Shown piece after piece: positions 28,972 through 40,523 of a DNA stretch of 64,000 nt (positions are counted from its first letter, which is position 1; every line of letters starts with the position of its first letter). The DNA comes from Okamejei kenojei. Lineage: Eukaryota. The stretch covers positions 38,874,001 through 38,938,000 of the forward strand of contig CM069140.1 of assembly GCA_035221665.1 (NCBI GenBank), read 5' to 3'. The position numbers and the translations under genes are program-made. The notes below the pieces were generated by a model, which saw only the letters and a program-made list of their open reading frames with translations, was not told the origin of the DNA and ran no database searches.

Positions 28972-29480
28972 CAACCATATAACCATATAACAATTACAGC
29001 ACGGAAACAGGCCCTCTCGGCCCTTCCAGTCCGTGCCGACCATTTGTTTTCCCCTAGTCCCATCTACCTGCACTCAGACCATACCCCTCCATTCCCTTCC
29101 CGTCCATATACCTATCCACTTTACTTTTAAATGTTAAAATCGATCCTGCCTCCAGCACTTCTGCTGGAAGCTCATTCCACACAGCCACCACCCTCTGAGT
29201 AAAGAAGTTCCCCCTCACGTTACCCCTAAACTTCCGTCCCTTAATTCGCATGTCATGCCCTCTTGTTTGAAACTTCCCTACCCTTAATGGGAAAAGCTTA
29301 TCCACGTCAACTCTGTCTATCCCTTTCATCATTTTAAAGACCTCAATCAAGTCCCCCCTTAACCTTCTGCGCTCCAAAGAATAAAGACCTAACTTGTTCA
29401 ACCTTTCCCTGTAACATAGTTGCTGGATCCCAGGCAACATTCTAGTAAATCTCCTCTGTACTCTCTCTATTTTGTTGACA
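28972..29480 (-). mobile_element. CR1 3' fragment with open C-terminal frame
   Basis: IERVQRRFTRMLPG..LERRRLRGDLIEVFK..TRGH..FFTQRVV, with a (TATATGGT)n tail. Confidence 0.85.
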
Positions 29481-32400
29481 AGGTACACAAAAACTTGAAA
29501 TTGAAAACAAAAAGAAAAAGACAAGCAACTATTGGTTGGCTGCCGTGTGCAGAGCACCTTCACCGGAACAAATCATCAAACAAACAAACCTAGACTTATC
29601 CCCTGCACCGGGTCCGCATTTGTTCTGCCACCGTCCCTCACAGCGGTCCCCCCATATCAGGTCCCCCATTATTCTTCACGGCGTTCCCCCCACACCGGGT
29701 CCCTATTGTTTTCCCCTCACGCTCATCGACAGCGAGGTTCTACCGCCACCAAGGCTCCCGTTGCCTTCTAGGCCCACGTGGCCATCAAGGCCCAAGTTGC
29801 CGCAAGTACTACAGACTTCTGAAAAATGATTTGCTCATTTTTATAATATTTTGTTGTTCTGGGATGCTTACCATCTTGTGGTATTTTTATTTTAGTGCTG
29901 TTAACTTTTGTTGATGAAGTACCCATTAGAATATATGACTATTATTTGTTTTACCTGTGAGTTTGCAATGGAACACGATTACATAATATAAAAACAAATA
30001 ATGTAAATGCTGGAAATCTGAAATTAAAACTGAAAAATGGTGGGAATAATCAGCAGGTCAGGTGCCATTTTTGGACAGGTTTTATGTTGAAGGTTAGAAA
30101 TGAAACAAGCAGAGAGAAATGTGGAAGAAATGTGCTCAGGAGTCGAGAATGCCTGGAGAAGATGTAAATAGGAAGAGACAAATCGTTTTCTCAAAAGAAT
30201 GCAAAAAAAAGGAAATGTGAGGAACAACAGGAATAGCTAATTAGTTGACTTAATCCAAAAGCTGTGAAGTGCCAAGTTAGACAGTGAACGGGGTGCTGCT
30301 ACTTGAGCTTACATTGAATTTCATTGAAACAGTGTAGGAAGCCAAGAATTGATTTCAGATTGGAATGGGAGGGATAATTAAAATGACAACCACTTGGAAG
30401 TTCAGGGCATGCTTGTGCGCTGAATGAAGATGTCCAATTAATAAATCATTTAAATTCTCTTAAATTGAGGAATGGGCATACATTGTGCATCCCCAGCACT
30501 TTTTAACTCTGGTTTTCTCTTTTTTCTCTCTCATTTTCTCAGATAATAGAATCAAAATGCAAGCATGGGTGGTAGAGGGAAGTGCTTCTAAATATTTCCC
30601 CAATTACAAGATTTGAGGACACCCCACTATTGGTCTCTGCCTCAGCAAGAGCATCAATTGTGTCACCAATCCTCAGTCTGCTGTTAATGGGCTTGAACAG
30701 ATTGACCCAGGGGTCAGTCTGGAACTGGAAATGGATCAGGGTTGCTGGATTGGGGGGAGAGGAGGAGGAGTTGAATCAGGCAAGAGACCGAGTAGGGAGT
30801 TTCAGAAACTTAGCAGGGCAGAGAGTGGGGGAGGTCAGAAGCTGCTTGGGGAATATCAGGAACAGGATGGGGTGGTAGGAGTGTCAGATACCCATTGAGT
30901 GGGAGAAGGGTCAGGAGCTGGGTGGGTGTGCCAGGAGTTAGAAACATAGAAAATAGGAGCAGGAGGAGGCCATTCGGCCCTTCGAGCCAGCACCGCCATT
31001 CATTGTGATCATGGCTGATCGTCCTTCTTCATAACCCGTGCCTGCCTTCTCCCCATATCCCTTGACTCCACTAGCCCCTGGAGCTCTAAATAACTCTCTC
31101 TTAAATCCATCCAGTGACTTTGCCTCCACTGCCCTCTGTGGCAGGGAATTCCATAAATTCACAACTCTCAGTCTTAAATGAATTCCCCTTTATTCTAAGA
31201 CTGGCCCCTGGTTCTGGACTCGCCCAACATTTTCCTGCATCTAGCTTGTCCAGTCCTTTTATAATTTTATATGTTTCTATAAGATCCCCATCATCCTTCT
31301 AAACTCCAGTGAATACAAGCCTAATCTTTTCAATCTTTCCTCATATGACAGTCCCACCATCCCAGGGATCAATCTCAAGAACCTACGTTGCTCTGCCTCA
31401 ATCACAAGGATGTCCTTCCTCAAATTAGGAGACCAAATACTCCAGATGTGGTCTTACCAGAGCCCTATAAAACTGCAGAAGAACCTCTCTACTCCTATAC
31501 TGAAATCCTCTTGTTATGAAGGCCAATATTCCATTAGCTTTCTTCACTGCCTGCTGTAATTGTAAGCCAACTTTCAGTGACCGGGGTACAAGGACGCCCA
31601 GGTCTTGCTGCACCTCCCCCTTACCTAACCTAACCCCATTGAGATAATAATCTGCCCGCCTGTTTTTGCCGGCAAAGTGGATAACCTCACATTTATCTAT
31701 ATTATACTGCATCTGCCACGCATCTGCCCACTCACTCAACCTGTCCAGGTCACCCTGCAACCTCCTAACATCCTCTTCACAGTTCACACTGCCACCCAGC
31801 ATTGTGTCATCCACAAACCTGCTAGTGTTGCTCCTAATTCCCTCTTCCAAATCATTTATATATATGGTAAACAGTTGCGGCCCCAACACCGAGCCTTGCG
31901 GCACTCCACTCACCACTGCCTGCCATTCTGAAAAGGATCCGTTCACTCCTACTCTGCGTCCGGTCTGCCAACCAATTTTCTATCCATGTCAACACCCTAC
32001 CCCCGATACCATGTGCTCTAATTTTAGTCACCAGTCTCCCGTGCGGGACCTTATCAAAGGCTTTCTGAAAGTCTAGATACACTACATCCACTGGCACCCC
32101 TTCATCCATTTTACTTGTCACATCCTCAAAAAATTCCAGAAGATTAGTCAAGCATGAATTTCCTTTCATAAATCCATGTTGACTTGGACTAATCCTTTTA
32201 CTGCTATCCAAATGCCCCATTATTACCTCTTTAATAATTGACCCCAGCATCTTTCCCACCACCGAAGTCAGGCTAACTGATCTGTAATTCCCCGTTTTCT
32301 CTCTCGCTCCTTTCTTGAAAAGTGGGATAACATTAGCTATCCTCCAATCCACAGGAACTGATCTTGACTCTATTGAACATTGGAAAATTATCACCAATGC

Positions 32401-33438
32401 GTCCACTATTTCTAGAGCCACCTTCCTGAGGACCCTGGGATGCAGACCATCAGGTCCAGGGGATTTATCATCCTTCAGTCCCATTAGCCTACCCAATACT
32501 ATTTCTCTTTTAGTTTTATTCTATCCCTAACTTCTCTTGTCAGCCACGGTTGCCTCCTACTCCCTTTAGAATCTTTCTTCCTTTTTGGAATGAATTGATC
32601 CTGCGTCTTCTGGATTATGCCCAGAAATTCCTGCCATTGCTGTTCCACTGTAATTCCTGCTAGGATCCCTTTCCAGTCTACCTTGGCCAGCTACCCTCTC
32701 ATGCCTTCATACTCCCCTTTGTTCAACTGCATCACTGACACTTCCGATTTAACCTTTTCCTACTCAAATTGCAGATTAAAACTATTCATATTATGATCAC
32801 TACCTCCAAGCGGTTCCTTTACCTCGAGTGCTCTTATATTATCTGGTTCATTGGACAACACTAAATCCAGAATTGCCTTTTCTCTGGTCGGCTACATTAC
32901 AAGCTGCTCTAAGAATCCATCTCGGAGGCATTCTACAAACTCTCTTTCTTGGGGTCCTGAACCAACTTGATTTTCCCAGTCTACCTGCATATTGAAATCC
33001 CCCAGAATCCAAAGAAAACATTTGTGCAAACCAAAAGACATTGGGGGACTTTCACTTCCGAACTTTTTGTATTATTATTGGGCAGTGCATATTAAGAATA
33101 TAATTTACTGGTTGGACAGTTCTACCCAACAGACAGAATGGATAAGAATGGAGAAAGAGGACTGTTCTCCTTGTAATATAGGAGCGATCCTCTTCTCCCC
33201 GATAAAACTGAAGAACACAATATATAAGAATAACCCAATTGTACATGATACAATAAGAATTTGGAAACAAATAAAATTATCCTTAAAATTAAGAAACCTA
33301 TCATTGTTAATGCCAATAGTGAATAATCCTTCATTTAAACCATCTCTGATTGATAAAACATATAATCAATGGGAAAGAATGGGAATTAAAAGGATCTGTG
33401 ATATGTATGAAATGGGAAATCTGTTATAATTCCAACAA

Positions 33439-34046
33439 TCTATCTGTATATACTTTTAAAACTGTGTGTGTGTGTCTGCCGACCACCGTCCGGCCGGCTA
33501 GCTGTCACATTCCGTTTTTTTTTCAGATAAGATTTTCGCCCTTTGATTCCCTGCTCCGCCAAAACCAGACCCTCAGAAGCCGCCGTTTTTTCCATTTCGC
33601 CAGACGTTATGCTTGTACATTACCAAAGGCGCTACTCATTACATTTAGACATCTTTAAGTACACAATTTTTAATAAAATCCTTCCCCCCCCCCCCCCCCC
33701 CCCCCCAATTTTTCAAGTTCCATTGTGTGATGTCACAATGCCCAATGCTCACAGATGTCCAATTGGAACGGATCTCATTTACATCTGCTCTTGCACCAGC
33801 CCCGCCCCCCCCCCCCACCTGATGTTCCAGCACGTTCCATTGTGTGATGTCACAATGCCATCCCTCACAGATGTCCAATCAGAATTGATCTCATTTACAT
33901 CTGCCTTTGCCCCAGCTCCAGCCTCCCCCCGCCTGTGTCGCAGCATGTTCCATTGTGTTATGTCACAATGCCATCCCTCACAGATGTCCAATTGGAATGG
34001 ATCTCATTTACATCTGCCTTTGCCCCAGCCCCAGCCCCAGCCCCCG

Positions 34047-34078
<32 letters not shown>

Positions 34079-35784
34079 ACCGCAGCTCCACAATGATCAT
34101 GTCGAAGTGCATGATCATTTGTGTGGGAATAGAGAAAGATGATTGGGGGTGATAGGGAGTGGGGAATAGATGGACTGTCCCTATCCCTCCCCCTCCCTCA
34201 CTACCTCCCCACTCTTTCCCCTCTCTCCCCCACCCCTCTCCCCCTCTCTCCACACTCTTTCCCCCTCCCTCCCCTCCCTCCCCACACCTCTCTCCCCCTC
34301 CCCCTCCATCTCCCTCTCCTCACCCCTCCCCCTCCCTCCCCATCCATCCTTCCCTCTCTTCCCCACCCCTCTTCCCTCTTTCCCCCTCCCCCTACCCCTC
34401 TGTCCCTCTTCCACCACTCCCCCTCCCTACTCTTTCACCTCTCCCCCTTCCCCGCTTAGTGTGTGACTAGAGATTACGCTTTTACATTCACTAATACACT
34501 CCTCATTACATTTAGACAATGTTACGTACACATTTTTAATAAAATCCTCCCAGCCCCCAACCAATATTTCAAAATCTTCAATAAATCAAACTGCTCTCAC
34601 CCATAGAACGTTGGTAAACATTCCATCGTGTGATGTCACAATGCCAAATGCTCACAGATGTCCAATCGGAATGGATCTCATTTACATCTGCCCTTGCACC
34701 AGCCCCCCCGCAGCCTGTGTCGAAGCGCTTGATCACGTTTGTGGGAATAGAGAAATTGGATTGGGGGTGATAGGGAGTGTGGAATAGATGGATTGCCCCT
34801 ACCCCTCCCCCTCCCTCTCTACCACCCCACTCTTTCCCCTCTCTCCCCCCACCCCTCTCCCCCTCCCTCCACACTCTTCCCCCTCCCTCCCCTACCCCAT
34901 CTCCCTCCTCCCCTCCCTCCCCCCCACACCTCTCTCACCCTTCCCCACCCCTCTCTCCTCCCCACCCCTCTCCATCTCCCTCTCCTCACCCCTCTCCCTC
35001 TCCCTCTCCACCCCTCCTCCTCCCGCCCCATCCCTCTCTCCCACACTCCCCTTCCCTCTCCCCCACCCCATTCCCTCTCTCCCCCACCCACTCTTCCCCC
35101 TCCCTCCACATTCTTCCCCTCTCTCCCCTACCCATCTCCCCCCTCCCTCCCCCCTCTCCCACACCTTTTTCTCCCTCCCCTCTCTTCTCCCCCTCTCCCT
35201 CCCTCATCTCACCCCTCTCCCTCTCCCACCCTCCTCCTCCCACCCCTCTCACCCCCACCTCCCCTTCCCCACCCCTTTTTCCCCTACCCCTCTCTCCCTC
35301 TTTCACCACTCCCCACACCCCTCTCTCTCCCACTTCCACCACTCTCCCCTGCACCTCTCACCCTCCCTCCATCCACTTCTCTCTCCCCATCCCCCACCCC
35401 TTCCCCACCCCTCTCTCTCCCCCCTCCCTTCCCTCTCCCTCCCCACTCTTCCCCCTATCTCTGCTCTCCCCCTTCCTCCCCACTCTTCCCCTCCCCTACC
35501 ACTCTCCCCCTCCCTCCACACTCTTCCTTCTCTCTCTCTCCTACCCCTCTCCCTACCCCTCTCCCCCTCCCTCCACATTATTCCCCCTCTCTCCCCTTCC
35601 CTTCCCCACCCCTCTCACCCCCTCCCTGAACCCTCTCACCCCCTCCCCACCCCCTCTCCATCTCCCTCTCTCCTCACCCCTCCCACCCCTTCTCTCCCCA
35701 CCCCTCTTCACCCCATCTCCCCCCCGCCCCTTGCACCACTCCCTGCTACCCCTCTCCCCCTCCCTCCCCTTTCTCTTGGTCTAG
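33439..35784 (+). mobile_element. Non-autonomous Helitron-like element inside the L1
   Basis: Starts A|TCTATCTGTATATAC and ends CTTGGTCTAG, like the Helitron at 16098-17017. The L1 frame (FQQ|LQLKFN) resumes exactly, with no TSD. Contains ~115-bp repeats and C/T tracts. Confidence 0.7.
34795..35775. repeat. ~1-kb polypyrimidine (C-rich) low-complexity tract; a second lies at 34180-34450
   Basis: Almost exclusively C/T with CCCCTCTC-type units. Confidence 0.95.
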
Positions 35785-36096
35785 CTACAATTAAAATTTA
35801 ATCTGAAAAATAACCAATATTTTAAATATCTTCAGATATGTGACTTTATGAAGAAATACATACAAAGATATCAAAACATAACTTCAGAGCCATTGGAAGA
35901 AGCAATTAACATTAAGGTTGACTCACATAAATTATTATCACATTTATATAATAGTATTTTAAATATAGATTTACCATCGACAGAGATACTTAGAGAAGAG
36001 TGGGAATGAGAATTAATGATAAAATTTAAGAAGGAAACATGGGAAAAGTATTTGATATATATACACAAATGTTCGATTAATGTAAGACATAATTTA

Positions 36097-36182
36097 GAAA
36101 CATAGAAAACATAGAAATTAGGTGCAGGAGTAGGCCATTCGGCCCTTCGAGCCTGCACTGCCATTCAATATGATCATGGCTG
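36097..36182 (-). mobile_element. Very short CR1 3' tail insertion within the L1
   Basis: CR1 tail/UTR flanked by a 6-bp TSD AATTTA (36091-36096 and 36183-36188). Removing it restores L1 RHNLIQF. Confidence 0.85.
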
Positions 36183-38701
36183 AATTTAATTCAATTTAAA
36201 ATTTTACATAGATTATATTACTCAAAAACTAGACTGAATAAATTCTATCCAAATACTTCCCCCATTTGAGATAAATGTCTATCCCAAAATGCAACTATAA
36301 CACACTCTTTTGTCTCCTGCATAAAACTTTATAAATTCTGCAGTGATATTTTTGAAATATTTACAAAATTATTTAAGATTAAAATGGACCCTAATACTGA
36401 AATGATTATATTTGGAGTAATGGAAGATGGGAATGAACTGAACTCATCTTAAAATTTATTTTTTAATTATGGGTTAATAACGGCAAAAAAATTTATCCTT
36501 AACTTTTGGAAAAATACAACCATACCAACGCTTAAAATGTGGATTTCAAACATGTTGGACACTGCACATCTTGAGGAAATGTGATTCCTCCTAATAGATA
36601 AATCAGACCAATTTTTAACAAGTTGGTCTCCATTTGTCGATTTTTTGGAAGCATATGGTGCAACAAAACCGTAGAAGCTAACTGTTTCAGGATTGGGTGA
36701 GGGATAGTCAAGGATATAGATAACGATCTCCTTAATCTCTTACTTTCTACTCTTCTTTTCCCTTTTTCATTCTCAACTTTCTTTTTTCACACTTTTTTCT
36801 TTCTCACACACTATATATCACATGTTTCTCTATGTTTTATTATCTACTCTCTTTTTCTTTTTCATTATTAAAAAAATTTAAAAATAAGAAGCTGTACATA
36901 AAAAGTAATATGTCAATATATATTAGGCACCATGGTGCCATATTCCTGTACTTCTAATAAAATAAAAAATAAAAAATTAAAAAATTAAAAAAAAAAGAAA
37001 TCCCCCATCACCACAGTGGCATTACCTTTGTTACATGCCAGTTTTAACTCCTGCTGCAACTTACACTCTACATCCGGGCTACAATTTGGGGGTCTGTAGA
37101 TAACACCAATTAGTGTCTTCTTGCCTTTACAATTCCTCAACTCAATCCACAGTGACTCTACCTCATCAGTCCCTATGTCTTCCCCCGCAAGGGACTGAAT
37201 TCCATCCCTCACCATCAGAGCTACCCCACTCCTCTGCCCACCTGCCTGTCCTTTCTATAGGATGTATAACACTGAATATTATGTTCCCAGGCCCGATCCT
37301 CCTGCAGCCACGTCTCAGTAATCCCCACAATGTCATATCTACCAACCTGAGTAGAGCCTCAAGCTCATCTACTTTACTTCTTATACTTCACGCATTCATA
37401 TACAATACTTTTAATTCCTTACGCATCTCACCTTTCACATCGATCCCTATTACACGTGGCCATACACTCCTATCCCTTTGTGAGCTTCCTTTCCCATTAA
37501 TTCTGGGGTAATTAACTATCCCTTTACTCTCTTTCCCTTTAACTCTGTCCTCGACTATCCCATTTGACACCCCACCCCCCTTATTCAGTTTAAAACCACC
37601 CGTGTAACAGTGGCAAACCTGCCTGCCAGAATGCTGGTCCCCCACCTGTTAAGATGCAATCCGTCCCTTTTGTACAGTTCTCCCTTACTCCAAAACAGAT
37701 CCCAGTAATCTAAGAATTTAAATCCCTGCCCCCTGCACCAGTTCCTCAGCCACACATTCAGGTCCCGTATCTCCCTGTTCCTGCTCTCGTCAGCACAAGG
37801 AACTGGAAGCGAACCGGAGATAACAACCCTGGAGGTCCTTTTCAGCATTTTTACGAGCTCTCTAAAGTCACGCTGCAGAATATTCATCCCTTCATTCCGA
37901 CATTGTTTGTGCCGACATGCACTACCACTTCCGGCTGTTCACCTTCGCCCTTGAGGATTTTCTGCACTCTGTCCATGGCATCCTGGATACTGGCACCAGG
38001 AAGGCAGCACACCATCCTCGAATCCTGTCTGTTGCCGCAGAAACCCCTGGCCGTACCTCTCACACTGGAGTCTCCAACTACAATGGCGTTGCCTGACGTT
38101 GACCTCTTTGGTTTTGGCTCAACAGCCGTTTTTGTTTCGCAAGCCAGTCCGCCACTCAGTGTGATAACGTCTTCTGTCCCGACAGCTTCTAAGTGGGTGA
38201 AACCTGTTCACAAGAGGTACAACACCCGGGGACCTTTGCATTCCATGTTTCCCTCCCTTTCTATCACCCACCTTCTCTCTTCCAGTATCTTAGGTGTAAC
38301 AATCTTACTGTAGGACTTGTCGATTAACGACTCAGTTTCTCGGACGAATCCGAGGTCATCCACTTGCTTCTCCAGTTCCTCAACACGGTCCTTCAGGAGC
38401 TGTACCTGGATGCACTTCTCAGATTTGTAGCAGCCAGAGGCACCAGCAGTGTCCTTGACCTCCCACATACTGTGAGTATCAAACTGAATCAGCTTGCTTG
38501 ACATCTCCTTCTTTCGTCTCTCCCTCTCCAGTGTTTTGCGTAGCCTCCTCTCCTCAGCCTCCTCGCCAAAGACTCTCGAGCCAAACTCGTACTTTTCTCA
38601 CAAGGCCGCTCCCTCACTGCTGCTCCCCAAGAGCCGTCCTGCTTATATTGACTGATAAATTGCCTAATTTACCAATTTACAAACCATACTCCTCAGTTTT
38701 A

Positions 38702-39120
38702 AACTGTTTTCCCCCTCTGACTCACTTCTAACTCTCCTCCCACTCAGGGTAGAGCCAATCAGTGCTTTCTCTTGCTTCTCTTTGTTGCTGTTGCTTCAAA
38801 ATCCACGGGAGCTCTGAGTAAAGTCTTCCCGTGCTTTGCCTCTCCTTTTCAACTGTTTCCCCCCTCTGACTCACTTCTAACTCTCCTCCCACTCGGACTA
38901 GAGCCAATCAGTGCTGTCTCCTGCTTCTCTTTGTTGCTGTTGCTTCAAAATCCACGGGAGCTCTGAGTAAAGTCTGCCTGTGCTTTGCCTCTCCTTTTCA
39001 ACTGTTTTTCCTCTCTGACTCACTTCTAACTCTCCTCCCAGTCGAGCTAGAGCCAATCAGTGCTTTCTCCTGCTTCTCTTTGTTGCTGTTGCTTCAAAAT
39101 CCACGGGAGCTCTGAGTAAA
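38702..39120. repeat. 3 x ~149-bp tandem monomers in the CR1 5' UTR
   Basis: AACTGTTT..CTGACTCACTTCTAACTCTCCTCCCA..GAGCCAATCAGTGCT..GAGCTCTGAGTAAA repeated three times. Confidence 0.9.
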
Positions 39121-40523
39121 AAAAATGTTTTAAAAAAAATTGGCAGGGATAAAGCACGGGGAGTCAGGGACTCAGCTGGTGACATCGGACTAACATTCTG
39201 AACCCTAAATGTTGGATTTATGGTGGCAACTGCCTTAGGGCAAACATGATTGGGTTTCCTATTAATGTAAGCAATGTGTAAACATCACTTTCAGGCCTTG
39301 GCACAATCTGTTTTTTTCCCCATTTCCAACATGACAGATTGCACATCTGGACAGAAGCCCCAGCTGCTGTCCTCACCTATATTGTAGTCCATCTGTCTGT
39401 TCCCCACACAGAAGAGCTCTGCACATCTATATTGATGCACCTGTGGACCAATAAGAGAGACAGTGCATTACAAGTTAGGCTTACAAGTTAGGAGAAAATT
39501 ACATTCGACATTTTTACAGTAGAGGTACACGTATTCTACCCTCTATAACAGAATGTTTTAGGGGGCTGGACAACAATTGTCCAAAGTTTATATTCAAATA
39601 CCTTGTGAGATCCGACTGATCTCCAGCCCGAGTTTTGCAAATTTATGTGACAATGTTGTGCCCTTGATAACACTGCCCAATGGAAAGCCTAACATGTTCT
39701 GAAAGAAGAAAGGTGCCTGAATTATTAGAGGTTGGCGATCAGACTATATGCCATGACTCAAACAAAAGACCTATGACCAAAACAATAACCCAAGGTACAA
39801 AGTATTTAACTGATATCTCACACGCAGTCCTCCATACCCTCCCCAGTTATGATGTCTCACGCCCTAATAGTCCCGCAGTCCTCAATTACTAATTACTTCA
39901 CCGTTATCTTATCTTGAAATGAGTCAAACTGCTTCCCCATTCCACATAATAGCAGGGTGAGCTATTCCATGCACACTGTACAGTCCAAAGTGCCTAGCAT
40001 GAATGTGCTGTCCAAAGTGCCTAGCATATCCCTGATACCATAACAAAAAAATAGTCTGCTTGCAGTAATCCTTTTAACAAGAAGTTTGATTCTACTTTTA
40101 CGGTATAATTGCTGTAGTTTGAGAGGTACATCTAGAAGGCCATTCTGAATGTTGTTCAGACATGTGTTTTGAGCAGTGTTGTTGGCCTTCCAATGCTTAG
40201 TTCAATGAGTTCCTGCTGCAACTCCAAAACTCAGGAACCATCAGGCTTTTAGGTATTTTTCTGTTTATTATTTCATGGGTGAGGCAGAAGAACAGAAGTA
40301 CAGAAACCCGTGAGAGGGATTCTTTCCCTCTTGCTGAGAGGTTATGGGTGATGTATCTTACTTGGAGATCACTCTTTAATCGGTCCATCAGTTCCTCTGA
40401 GGTGAAGCAGACTCTGAAACAGTGAGTTTGAATGGGAGGCAGGCAAGTTTGCATCGCAACCAGAATGGATGATGACATAGATTCCTGCTGTGAGGCTCAA
40501 TGTGCAGTGAACCTGGAGAGGTT

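Larger units (their letters stand above)
33005..36996 (+). mobile_element. 5'-truncated L1-clade LINE with poly(A) tail and 11-bp TSD
   Basis: PKDIGGLSLPNFLYYYWA and RHNLIQFKILHRLYY. AATAAA plus poly(A) at 36956-36996. TSD GAAATCCCCCA at 32994-33004 and 36997-37007, at a TT|GAAA site. Confidence 0.88.
30938..39120 (-). mobile_element. Full-length degenerate CR1 LINE split by an L1 insertion
   Basis: Tail at 30938 and RT at 31425-32496. The endonuclease is split at VVMGDF|NMQ (36997/33004). ORF1 esterase (DGLHLNRWG) and Zn finger remnant span 37585-38504, with 5' tandem monomers at 38702-39120. Confidence 0.88.

Noticed and set aside
25660-30900. Search for a third, decayed CYP4 gene in the intergenic region
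   Set aside because: No recognisable P450 exon motifs by eye, only old TE fragments. A tBLASTn would be needed to exclude faint remnants.
34777-35801. Long Pro/Ser/Leu-rich ORFs (335, 337 and 278 aa)
   Set aside because: Artefacts of a stop-free polypyrimidine tract, open in all frames.
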